A stretch of 64,000 nucleotides of DNA from Acidobacteriota bacterium (GTDB lineage: Bacteria; Acidobacteriota; UBA890; WLXD01). The notes under the pieces are model-generated. The model worked only from the letters and a program-made list of their open reading frames with translations. It had not been told where the DNA came from and searched no databases. The stretch covers positions 160,001 to 224,000 of the forward strand of contig CAXWPH010000007.1 in assembly GCA_963666055.2 (NCBI GenBank), read 5' to 3'. Each line of letters opens with the position of its first letter. Within the stretch, counting starts at the first letter, position 1. Position numbers and translations under genes: made by a program. This document shows positions 51,954 to 60,590 of the stretch, piece by piece.

Positions 51954-53201
51954 CTACCTGGCGCCACTGCCGCCAGTGATCTCGGCGTCGTAGGAGGGAA
52001 TGACCGGCTCTGCCAGCTTGCGGCGATAGTGGATCCATCCCTCCATCATCTCGTCGCGTGAATCCATGCCCCAGATGACCCTCACGCTGGGGTTCGGGTT
52101 CCAGGGGTTGTTCTCCGAGTTATCGAAGTGCGAGGTAACCCGGAGCTTCGACCCCTTGGCGAGCCGAGTCGGTTTCGCCAGCACGTAGGCGATCTGCCAG
52201 TACATGTTGTATTGCGGCACGAACAGCAGGGTCTCCTCCCGACCGTCGGGATGGATCGCCTGGAACCTCATGTCCTTGCCGCGATAGTGCATGTGCGGGG
52301 TCATGAGCAGCAGCTCGACCTCCTCGTCGAACTCCCTTTCCGCGACGCTCTCGTAGTTCGGCTCGTACGGCGGTATCTCGAAGCTCTGATCGGTGACCAG
52401 ACTGCCGCGGATCTCGTACTCGATTGGTGTTCGGGCCAGCCAGACGCCGACCTTGGTGCGGTCGACCTGTTCCTCGCCGTTCGGGTGGTAGTGCATCTCG
52501 ACGCGGAACTGTGATCCGACCGGCAGCCGATGCGCGCTCCCATCCGGGAACAGATCCGGCTGCCTGCCGGGAACCGCGAGCGCCAGCCCGTCCCAGGTGC
52601 CGTCGGGCCAATAGGCGTCGACGTTGATGTGATGCACCACCCTGGAATTGCCCCGCGCCTCGATTGCTCGGATCCAGATGTCCTCCTTGTGTGTCGTGGA
52701 GGTCATGACGTGGTGGATGATGTCCGGCCCGGCCGCCGGCACCAGAAACTCCTCTTCCAACTCGAAGATGTAGTCGGGCGGCCCGAGCTCGGCGTCGAGG
52801 GCCCAGCCGGTCGGGAACGTCGGTGGGGTGAACGTGCCGCTGCCGCGCGGAGCCCCCGCCGCGACCCAATCGACGAGCGTGCCGATCTCCTTTTCGGTCA
52901 ACCGGCGCTCGTTGGCGAAATCGCCGTAACGCGGATCCGCATGCCACGGAGGCATGATCCGCTCGCTGACCACCATGCGGATCGACCGGGCCCACGGAAC
53001 AACGTCCTCGTAGGTCAACAGCGACATGGGAGAAACCTCTCCCGGCCGGTGGCAGCCCATGCAGTTGACCGCCATCAGCGGCGCGATGTCGTCTGTCCAA
53101 GTGGGCGCTCGTTCTTGCGGTGGCGAGCCCGAAGCTACGAGCGTGCCCCAGCTGCCGATCAGGGCCACGGATGCAACGCCGACGATCAGCGCCTTCCTCA
53201 T
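51954..53201 (-). CDS. Haem c + copper type II ascorbate-dependent monooxygenase (PHM/DBM)-like protein (unit A)
   Basis: CMGCH..MPPW; VHH, MHYH, PHMH, DEM. Confidence 0.8.
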   Translation of the reverse strand: MRKALIVGVASVALIGSWGTLVASGSPPQERAPTWTDDIAPLMAVNCMGCHRPGEVSPMSLLTYEDVVPWARSIRMVVSERIMPPWHADPRYGDFANERRLTEKEIGTLVDWVAAGAPRGSGTFTPPTFPTGWALDAELGPPDYIFELEEEFLVPAAGPDIIHHVMTSTTHKEDIWIRAIEARGNSRVVHHINVDAYWPDGTWDGLALAVPGRQPDLFPDGSAHRLPVGSQFRVEMHYHPNGEEQVDRTKVGVWLARTPIEYEIRGSLVTDQSFEIPPYEPNYESVAEREFDEEVELLLMTPHMHYRGKDMRFQAIHPDGREETLLFVPQYNMYWQIAYVLAKPTRLAKGSKLRVTSHFDNSENNPWNPNPSVRVIWGMDSRDEMMEGWIHYRRKLAEPVIPSYDAEITGGSGAR

Positions 53202-53884
53202 CAGCCTTCAGACTCCGTTTCAGCTGCCTCGATGGTCTCCAGGCGGAGCTCTTCCCCCACCCAGACGGCGGTGATCTCGACCCTTTGGCCGGCGTGAGCT
53301 CTGAGCTCCTCCTCGAAATCCTCGGCGTTGACGAAGGCGACAGCAGTCGTGTGGTTCCTCAGAAAGACAATGAACGCCAGGTCCCTCGGAGCCTGGACCC
53401 GGCTGAGCACCCACGCGGCCGGGTCGGGCTCGTCGTCGGGAGGCGCCAGCTCGACTCGGTGGCCGATGACGCCGCCCCGGGAAGTCCGGAACTCCTCAGG
53501 GCGGTTGTACATCAGGGTCTCGACCTGTCGACGGCCGCTGACCGGCTCGGTGCCGCGCGGGCTGACGACGGTTCCGGTCATGAGATCGCCGTCGATTTCG
53601 AGGTCGTACTCGTAGGCACCATAGGCGAAGCTCATCGTTGCGCCCTCGACGCGGAGGTCGTCGACGGGGAGAAAGCGGTCGCGAATCGAGGTGAGCTGAG
53701 CTTCGAGCTCCCCGTCGACCTCCTCCACCCGGAGCAGCGAGGTGGGAATCCTTCCGGTCGACGCCTGGCTCGCGCCGAATTTCAAGTTCCAGACACCGAC
53801 GGGATCCGGCTCGGCCTCGCGGCTACACCCGGAAACCAAGATCCCGACGCTCAGCCCGAGGGCGAGTGCCCCAGAGATCCTCAT
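53201..53884 (-). CDS. Hypothetical lipoprotein (duplicated unit B)
   Basis: LVSGC lipobox; shares ETLMYNRPEEFRTSR and FEEELRAHAGQ with unit A. Confidence 0.75.
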   Translation of the reverse strand: MRISGALALGLSVGILVSGCSREAEPDPVGVWNLKFGASQASTGRIPTSLLRVEEVDGELEAQLTSIRDRFLPVDDLRVEGATMSFAYGAYEYDLEIDGDLMTGTVVSPRGTEPVSGRRQVETLMYNRPEEFRTSRGGVIGHRVELAPPDDEPDPAAWVLSRVQAPRDLAFIVFLRNHTTAVAFVNAEDFEEELRAHAGQRVEITAVWVGEELRLETIEAAETESEG

Positions 53885-53928
53885 CTTCGAGCATGCACCG
53901 AGCGTCCGGGGACAGAGGCTGCGGGACA

Positions 53929-55173
53929 CTAGCTTGAGCCACCGTCGGTGGTGAGCTCGCCGTAGGAAGGAATAACCGGCTTGTCCAGCTTGCGGCGATA
54001 GTGGAGCCATCCCTCGAACATCTCGTCGCGCGAATCCATGCCGTAGATGACCCTCACGCTGGGGTTCGGGTTCCAGGGGTTGTTCTCGGAGTTGTCGAAG
54101 TGTCCGACCGTCCGGAGCTTCGCTCCCTTGGCCAGGTGAAGCGGCTGCGCCAGCTTGTAGACCATCTGCCAGTAGATGTTGTAGTGCGGCACGTACAGCA
54201 GGGTCTCCTCCCGACCGTCGGGATGGATCGCCTGGAACATGAAGTCCTTGCCCCGATAGTGCATGTGCGGGTTGAGGACCAGCAGATCGACATCCTCGTC
54301 GAACACCTTTTCCGCGACGTGCTCGTAGTTCGGCTCATACGGCGGGATCTCGAAGGTCTGGTCGGTAACGAGGCTGCCGATGACCTGGTACTCGATCGGG
54401 GATCGCGCCAGCCAAACGCCGACGCGGGTGCGGTTCGTCTGCTCCTCGCCGTTGGGGTGGTAGTGCATCGTCAGACGCAGCTGCGCTCCGACCGGGAACA
54501 GCACGGCGCTGCCCTCTGGGAAGAAATCCGGCGGCTTGCCGGGAAGGTTGATCCCCAGTAATGCCCGACTGTCGTCCGGATGCTCGGCCATGATGTCGAT
54601 GTGGTGGACAATCCGTGAGTTGCCCCTGGCCTCCAACCCGCGCAACCAGATGTCCTCGGTGTGCGTGGTGGGGATGTAGACGTGCTGGTAGATGTCCGGC
54701 CCGGCAGCCGGCATTTGCCACTCCTCCTCCATCTCAAAGACAAAGTCGGGCGGCCCCGCCGAGGCGGCGAGGGCCCAGCCCTCCGGGAAGGTCGGTGGGG
54801 CGAACGTGCCGGTCCCACGCGGAGACCCGGCCTCGATCCAGGCCAACATGGTGCCGATCTCGTCATCGGTGAGCCGGCGGTCGTTGGCGAAATGGCCCCA
54901 GCGCGGATCGGCATGCCATGGGGGCATGATGCGCTCGCCGACCACCATGCGGATCGAACGGACCCAGGGGACAACGTCGTCGTAAGACAACAACGACATG
55001 GGGGCCACCTCACCTGGCCGGTGGCAACCCATGCAGTTGGCGGCCATCAGGGGGCCGATGTCGTCGGTCCAGGTGGGCACCTGTTCTTGCGGCAGCGAGC
55101 CCGAAGCTGGGAGCGTGTTCCAGCTACCGATCAAGGCTAGCGATGCAACGCCGACGATCAGCGCTTTCCTCAT
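53929..55173 (-). CDS. Haem c + PHM/DBM-like copper monooxygenase (unit B)
   Basis: CMGCH..MPPW; VHH, MHYH, PHMH, DEM. Confidence 0.8.
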   Translation of the reverse strand: MRKALIVGVASLALIGSWNTLPASGSLPQEQVPTWTDDIGPLMAANCMGCHRPGEVAPMSLLSYDDVVPWVRSIRMVVGERIMPPWHADPRWGHFANDRRLTDDEIGTMLAWIEAGSPRGTGTFAPPTFPEGWALAASAGPPDFVFEMEEEWQMPAAGPDIYQHVYIPTTHTEDIWLRGLEARGNSRIVHHIDIMAEHPDDSRALLGINLPGKPPDFFPEGSAVLFPVGAQLRLTMHYHPNGEEQTNRTRVGVWLARSPIEYQVIGSLVTDQTFEIPPYEPNYEHVAEKVFDEDVDLLVLNPHMHYRGKDFMFQAIHPDGREETLLYVPHYNIYWQMVYKLAQPLHLAKGAKLRTVGHFDNSENNPWNPNPSVRVIYGMDSRDEMFEGWLHYRRKLDKPVIPSYGELTTDGGSS

Positions 55174-55347
55174 CGAGCTTCCTCCCGCGTGCTGCGCTCC
55201 GCAGAGCCAATGCTGACCCGGTTACCCTGAAAGACAAACTAAGCACGCCCCTTGCGCGGATTCCAGCGGATTGGAGATCGACCCTCTTATCAAGCCGGAG
55301 TCATCGGTAGACAATGCGGTGTCACCTGGAACATCTCGGCAGAAAGG

Positions 55348-56160
55348 ATGGGCATGCTTCGCAGGACACACTGCCGCTGGCGCGTGGCGCCAGTCGCTGG
55401 TCTGCTGGTAGTGGGCTGGGCCTCGAACGTCGCGGCCCAGGAGACCATCAATCCGTTCACCGAGTTGGAAGATGTTGCTGCTGGCGAGAACCTGTTCCGT
55501 GTGCATTGCGGCCGTTGCCACGCACGCGACGGCAGCGGCGGTCGGGGGCCCGATCTGACGACCGGACGGATCCTGGCGCGCGGCGACGTGGGGCTGTTCG
55601 AGGTAGTCGCGGAAGGAATCCCCGGCACCGAGATGCCACCGCTTCACCGAACCCGATCGGATAAGGCCGTGTGGCAGCTCGTGGCCTACCTCCGGGCGCT
55701 GAACCAAGCGCCGGAAGACGCGTCGCTGTCGGGTGATCCGTCCGCGGGCGCAGCGCTTTACCGCGGCAAGGGCGCCTGCGACAGCTGCCACATGCTCGAG
55801 GGCACCGGAGGCCGACTGGGGCCCGACCTCACCCGGGTCGGCGAGCGCCGTGCGCCGGGGGCGCTAAGAGCCGACCTGCTTCAGCCGCAGGAGGAGGTGC
55901 AACCCCGCTGGTGGTCGATGCGAGTCGCGCACGAGGACGGTACGCGGGTCGAAGGGCTACGCATGAACGAGGATACGTACTCCGTGCGCATCATGGATAG
56001 AGACGAGAACCTCTGGTCGTTCGCGAAGCGAGACCTGCGCGAGAGCGAGCGCATCGAGGCCTCCACCATGCCGAGCTACGAGGGAGAGCTGACTCCGGGG
56101 GAAGTGGACGATCTCGTGGCCTACCTGTACTCGTTGCGAAGAACGGAGAGACAACCATGA
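55348..56160 (+). CDS. Dihaem c-type cytochrome
   Basis: CGRCH and CDSCH; GIPGTEMP, GPDLT, STMP. Confidence 0.88.
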   Translation: MGMLRRTHCRWRVAPVAGLLVVGWASNVAAQETINPFTELEDVAAGENLFRVHCGRCHARDGSGGRGPDLTTGRILARGDVGLFEVVAEGIPGTEMPPLHRTRSDKAVWQLVAYLRALNQAPEDASLSGDPSAGAALYRGKGACDSCHMLEGTGGRLGPDLTRVGERRAPGALRADLLQPQEEVQPRWWSMRVAHEDGTRVEGLRMNEDTYSVRIMDRDENLWSFAKRDLRESERIEASTMPSYEGELTPGEVDDLVAYLYSLRRTERQP

Positions 56161-57806
56161 GACGGCGCACGCTTCTCGCCGCAGTAGCTATTGCAGTCCT
56201 GCTGCTTGCCGGCCAGGGGCCCGCCCAGGGGCAATCGTCCGCACCCGCCATGTCCGTGCCAGCCTTCAGCCCGGTAGGCTACGACCGACTGGTCAACGCC
56301 GACCAGGAGCCCGGCAACTGGCTCATGTACTCGGGGCAGTACAACGGACAGCGCTACAGCCGGCTGGACCAGATTCAGGCACAGAACGCCGCGCGGCTCC
56401 GCCTGAAATGGGTCCACCAATTGCGGACTCTCGACCGGGCAGAAACGACGCCGCTGGTCGTGGACGGCGTCATGTATGTGACCGAGTCACCGAGCACCGT
56501 AATCGCCCTGGATGCCAAGACGGGACGACAGTTCTGGCGCTACGAGCACGAGGTGCCGAGCGGCGTCCCCTACTGCTGTGGGCGAAACAACCGCGGCGTG
56601 GCGATCCTCGGCGATCGGCTGTTCGTGAGCACCCTCGATGCGCACCTGGTCGCGCTGGATGCCAAGACCGGCAACGTCATCTGGAATATCGAGGTGATCG
56701 ATCACCAGGCCGGCTACAGCAAGACGGCAGCGCCGCTCGTCGTCAAGAACATGGTGGTGACGGGTATCGCCGGCGGCGACTACGGCATCCGTGGCTTCAT
56801 CGACGCCTATGACGCCGAGACCGGGAGCCGAGTCTGGCGCTTCTACACGATTCCCGCACCCGGCGAGCCCGGCAACGAGACCTGGGAGGGCGACTCCTGG
56901 AAAACCGGAGGCTCTGCAACCTGGGTAACCGGCTCATTCGACCCGGAGCTCAATCTGGTCTACTGGGGGACGGGTAATCCAGGCCCCGATTTCAACGGCG
57001 AGGACCGGGAGGGCGACAACCTGTACTCCGACTGCGTCCTGGCGCTCGACGCCGACAGCGGCGAGCTCAGGTGGTACTTCCAGTTCACCCCGCATGATGT
57101 CTGGGACTGGGACGCCGCGCAGATCCCTGTTCTGGTCGACGCCGTCTTCGATGGGCAGCCGCGCAAGCTCATGGTCTGGGCGAACCGCAACGCGTTTTTC
57201 TATGTGCTCGACCGCGAGACCGGCGAGTTCTTGCTGGCGACGCCCTTTGCCAAGCAGACCTGGGCGGAGCGCATCGACGACGACGGTCGACCGATCTTCC
57301 GGCCCGGCATCATGCCCAGTGCGGAGGGCACGCTGGTTGCCCCACCGGTGGAGGACGCCGCCAACTGGTGGTCGACCAGCTACAGCCCCAAGACGGGGCT
57401 TCTATACGTCATGACCCACGACGCCGAGGAGCTGTTCTTCGTTCGTGACGACGAGTACGTGCCCGGCGAGCTCTATGAGGGCGGCAGCTGGCAGAGAACG
57501 ATGCCGATCGACAACTACGTCGCCGCCGTGCGGGCCATCGTGCCGCAGACCGGCGAGCGGAAGTGGGAGCACCGCGTGCAGCCGCGCGGCCGGACGGGGC
57601 TGCTGTCGACGGCCGGCGATCTGGTGTTCGGCGGCACGGTCGACGGCTACTTCTTCGCGCTCGACGCGCGCACCGGTGAAGACCTCTGGCACATGAACAT
57701 CGGTGGAAGGGTGCAGGCCGCGCCGATCACGTATCTTGCCGACGGCGATCAGTACGTCACCATCGCCGCCGGCAACGGCATCTTCACCTTCGGGCTCGAG
57801 CCCTGA
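56157..57806 (+). CDS. PQQ-dependent alcohol dehydrogenase-family quinoprotein
   Basis: Vicinal CCG..NRG, WGTGNP, QFTPHDVWDWD, ANRNAF. Confidence 0.9.
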   Translation: MRRRTLLAAVAIAVLLLAGQGPAQGQSSAPAMSVPAFSPVGYDRLVNADQEPGNWLMYSGQYNGQRYSRLDQIQAQNAARLRLKWVHQLRTLDRAETTPLVVDGVMYVTESPSTVIALDAKTGRQFWRYEHEVPSGVPYCCGRNNRGVAILGDRLFVSTLDAHLVALDAKTGNVIWNIEVIDHQAGYSKTAAPLVVKNMVVTGIAGGDYGIRGFIDAYDAETGSRVWRFYTIPAPGEPGNETWEGDSWKTGGSATWVTGSFDPELNLVYWGTGNPGPDFNGEDREGDNLYSDCVLALDADSGELRWYFQFTPHDVWDWDAAQIPVLVDAVFDGQPRKLMVWANRNAFFYVLDRETGEFLLATPFAKQTWAERIDDDGRPIFRPGIMPSAEGTLVAPPVEDAANWWSTSYSPKTGLLYVMTHDAEELFFVRDDEYVPGELYEGGSWQRTMPIDNYVAAVRAIVPQTGERKWEHRVQPRGRTGLLSTAGDLVFGGTVDGYFFALDARTGEDLWHMNIGGRVQAAPITYLADGDQYVTIAAGNGIFTFGLEP

Positions 57807-57821
57807 GCACGTCGGTGGCTG

Positions 57822-58928
57822 CTACTCGCGGCCGTCGAGCAACTCGTAGACGCGTTCGACCTCGAGCAGCTCGGCACCGATCTCGGCAAGCCGCGGATAG
57901 TCTTCGGCGTGGGCGCGCAGATCGACGCGCTGTGCCGCCTCTTGTACGGGGATGCCTTGCTCGTGCATTGCAGCCGTGATGGTCCAGAAGTCGCGCAGGT
58001 ACGCCTGCCAACGGTCGATTCGCTCGAGGTCGCGAATGGCACGCCCATGTGCCGGCAGCATTACATCGAAGTCCAGCGCCTTGAACCGCTCCAACGTATC
58101 GGCCCACTCCCATGGAAACCCGTCACCCATCCAGGGAAGCCCTGCGGTGAGCAGATCGCCGGTTATGAGAACCCTCTCGGCGGGAAGGTAGACGACCACG
58201 TCGCCCCCGGTGTGGCCGCGCCCGAGGAACAGTAGCTGGATCTCGCGCCCCCCACGATGCAGCGTCATCCGATCCGTCAACGTTAGGTTCGGCGGTGTCG
58301 GAACGACCGAATCCATCGCCAGTCGCATATTGCGCAGGACCTCCAGCTCATGCCGAAGCTCCCCGGTCCGATCGGGCTCCTCTGCGGCTGCGAGCTCGGC
58401 CTCGAGCTCCTCGATGCGTCCCGGCATGAAACCGGCGAAGTAGTCGTAGGTACGTCCCCGATTCGAATCTCCCGCGAGCACCATCTGGCGGGTGAACTCA
58501 TGGCCGATGATCTCTACGTCGTCACCGTAGATCTGGTTGCCATGCAGATGGTCGAAGTGGAAGTGGGTGTTGACGACATAGCGAACCGGTTTGTCGGTGA
58601 TCTCTTTCAGCTCCCGCAGCAGGGCCCAGGCGGCAGCTGGAGAAACATGCGATTCCACCAGCAGAACATCCAGCTCGTTGACGATGACAACGGCATTGCA
58701 CCACGCTCCCAGGTTCCCCGTCTCAACGGCCAGGTAGACATCGTCGAAGATCGGCTGGAACTCGAAAGCGGCACCCTCGTAGTCGGATCCGGGAGGCGAA
58801 GCCGCCGCCGGTAGCGATTGGGAAGTCGGCTGTGAGCAGGCAGCCGACACTACCCCGAGCAAGATCGCCAGCAACACCGACTTGGTCGTGTTCTTGGCTC
58901 CAACGATTGGTATCGTCCCTTCGCCCAT
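57822..58928 (-). CDS. Metallo-beta-lactamase-fold hydrolase, probable lipoprotein
   Basis: NTHFHFDH, GHTGGD, TGDL, PAHG. Confidence 0.9.
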   Translation of the reverse strand: MGEGTIPIVGAKNTTKSVLLAILLGVVSAACSQPTSQSLPAAASPPGSDYEGAAFEFQPIFDDVYLAVETGNLGAWCNAVVIVNELDVLLVESHVSPAAAWALLRELKEITDKPVRYVVNTHFHFDHLHGNQIYGDDVEIIGHEFTRQMVLAGDSNRGRTYDYFAGFMPGRIEELEAELAAAEEPDRTGELRHELEVLRNMRLAMDSVVPTPPNLTLTDRMTLHRGGREIQLLFLGRGHTGGDVVVYLPAERVLITGDLLTAGLPWMGDGFPWEWADTLERFKALDFDVMLPAHGRAIRDLERIDRWQAYLRDFWTITAAMHEQGIPVQEAAQRVDLRAHAEDYPRLAEIGAELLEVERVYELLDGRE

Positions 58929-58939
58929 TTACACCTCCC

Positions 58940-60590
58940 TCAGCGGCGCTCTGTGGCGGCCTTGGTGATCCGCTCGAGCATCGCTCGCACTCCCGCCTGC
59001 GACGCATCGAGCTCGAGTGACCGACGCAGCAGGTCGACTGCCTTATCCAGGTTCTCGCCATCGGGCGCGACACTCGCCAGGTACTCGGTCGCCAGGGCAT
59101 TGAGCACCTCCACGTCGTCGCTGCCTCCAAGCCGGGCGCGCTCGTAGTAACGAATAGCATCGTAATGCTCACCCTGACGCGCGTTCGCCTCGGCCAGCAG
59201 GAGCAGGAGCGCCACATCCTGGGGGTGTTCGATGAGGCGTGGTGTCACGAGCTCCTCGAGGCGCTCGTAGTGCCCCGCGTCGCGCAGCAGCTCGATCTGT
59301 AGATCCAACGCAACTTCGAGCTCCGGGGCCCGCGACAGCACATCATCAAGAAGCGCGATAGCCTCGTCGATCCGGCCAACCGTACGCAACAGTGCGGCGC
59401 GGCGAGTCAACGCACTCGGATCAGTCGACGGCGGCGTCGCCGCGGCGTGAGCGATCGGGCGCTCCGCCGACTGGCTGACGATCACCGGTAAGCTCCGCTC
59501 CCGGCCACCTTCGCTGAGCCGTACCCGCAGTGTGTAGGCGCCAGGATCGACGTCGAGCTGCAAGCTGGTGATCTGGTTCAACACGCCGAACTGGTTGGCC
59601 AGCTCCGGTTCTACGGCCACCTGCCGACCAGCGACGATCGTTCCCGACTCATCGGCGAGCGCATACGACACGCTGAACGGCTCCTCACGGGAGGCGGAAA
59701 TCAGCACCTGCTGAAACACCAGCAACTGCCCGCCGACCGGAAACGGGCCATCAACCGTCGGAGCCAGCGCCACGTCGCCGACCTGAAACGGAAGATGCGT
59801 CCCGAAGCGGTCGTAGCCCTCGCCCAGAGGCGTGGCATCGAAGCAGAGAACCGGTTGGCCGAGTGCAAGCTCCGTCGGGTGCGGCCCGGGCACCTCCACG
59901 GTCGCGCTTGCTTTGCCGAACTTGCGCGTCAGGTTGTTCTCCAGAACCACGTCGAGCTCCAGACGGCCGGGGATGGCCGGCAACCGATCGATGTACAGAA
60001 GCTCCCCCTGGCGCACTCGGCCCTGCTGCTCTGCGTCGAGGCGGCTTTCGATGAGCCGCGACGGCGCGCCCTCCAGCACGGTCCCGGCGCTATCCACCAA
60101 GTACGTCGCCACCGTGAAGGTCAGGTAGCGGCGCCCCTCGTGCTCACCGAGGTTGAACGCCTCCGGCGCGCGCGCCACGAAGCTGACGAACGGCAACCCG
60201 GCGGGGTCGAGCCAGCCGATGGCACGCACCTCCACCTGCAGGGCGTCGAATCTCACCAGCGAGTCAGCCGCGCCGGTGAGGATCGGGTAGGCCCATTCGA
60301 TCGTCGGCACCACACGGTTCGGAATCTCGAAGATCTGCGCCATGAGGGTGTCCGACCGCAGCGGCGAGCCCAGCCGTGCCTCGCCGGGAATCAGGCTGAA
60401 GGCGGCGTCGGCAAGGTCCGGGCTGATCGACTGCAACATGTCGTAGGCCGCCGTCCCACCACCTGGCAGCGCGTCGAAGCCAAACCCTTGGCCGCCTCGC
60501 CGCCCGGCTCGTCTAACGGCCTCCAGCCCCGACGCATTGAGCAGCGCGTTGGGTCCGTCGATGAGCGGGCTGTAGAGCTCGAACTCCCCC
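58940..60590 (-). pseudogene. C-terminal part of a GWxTD-associated/TPR protein, fused in frame to the receptor
   Basis: GEFELYSP..DGP, Ig-like region and terminal TPRs; no start of its own. Confidence 0.55.
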
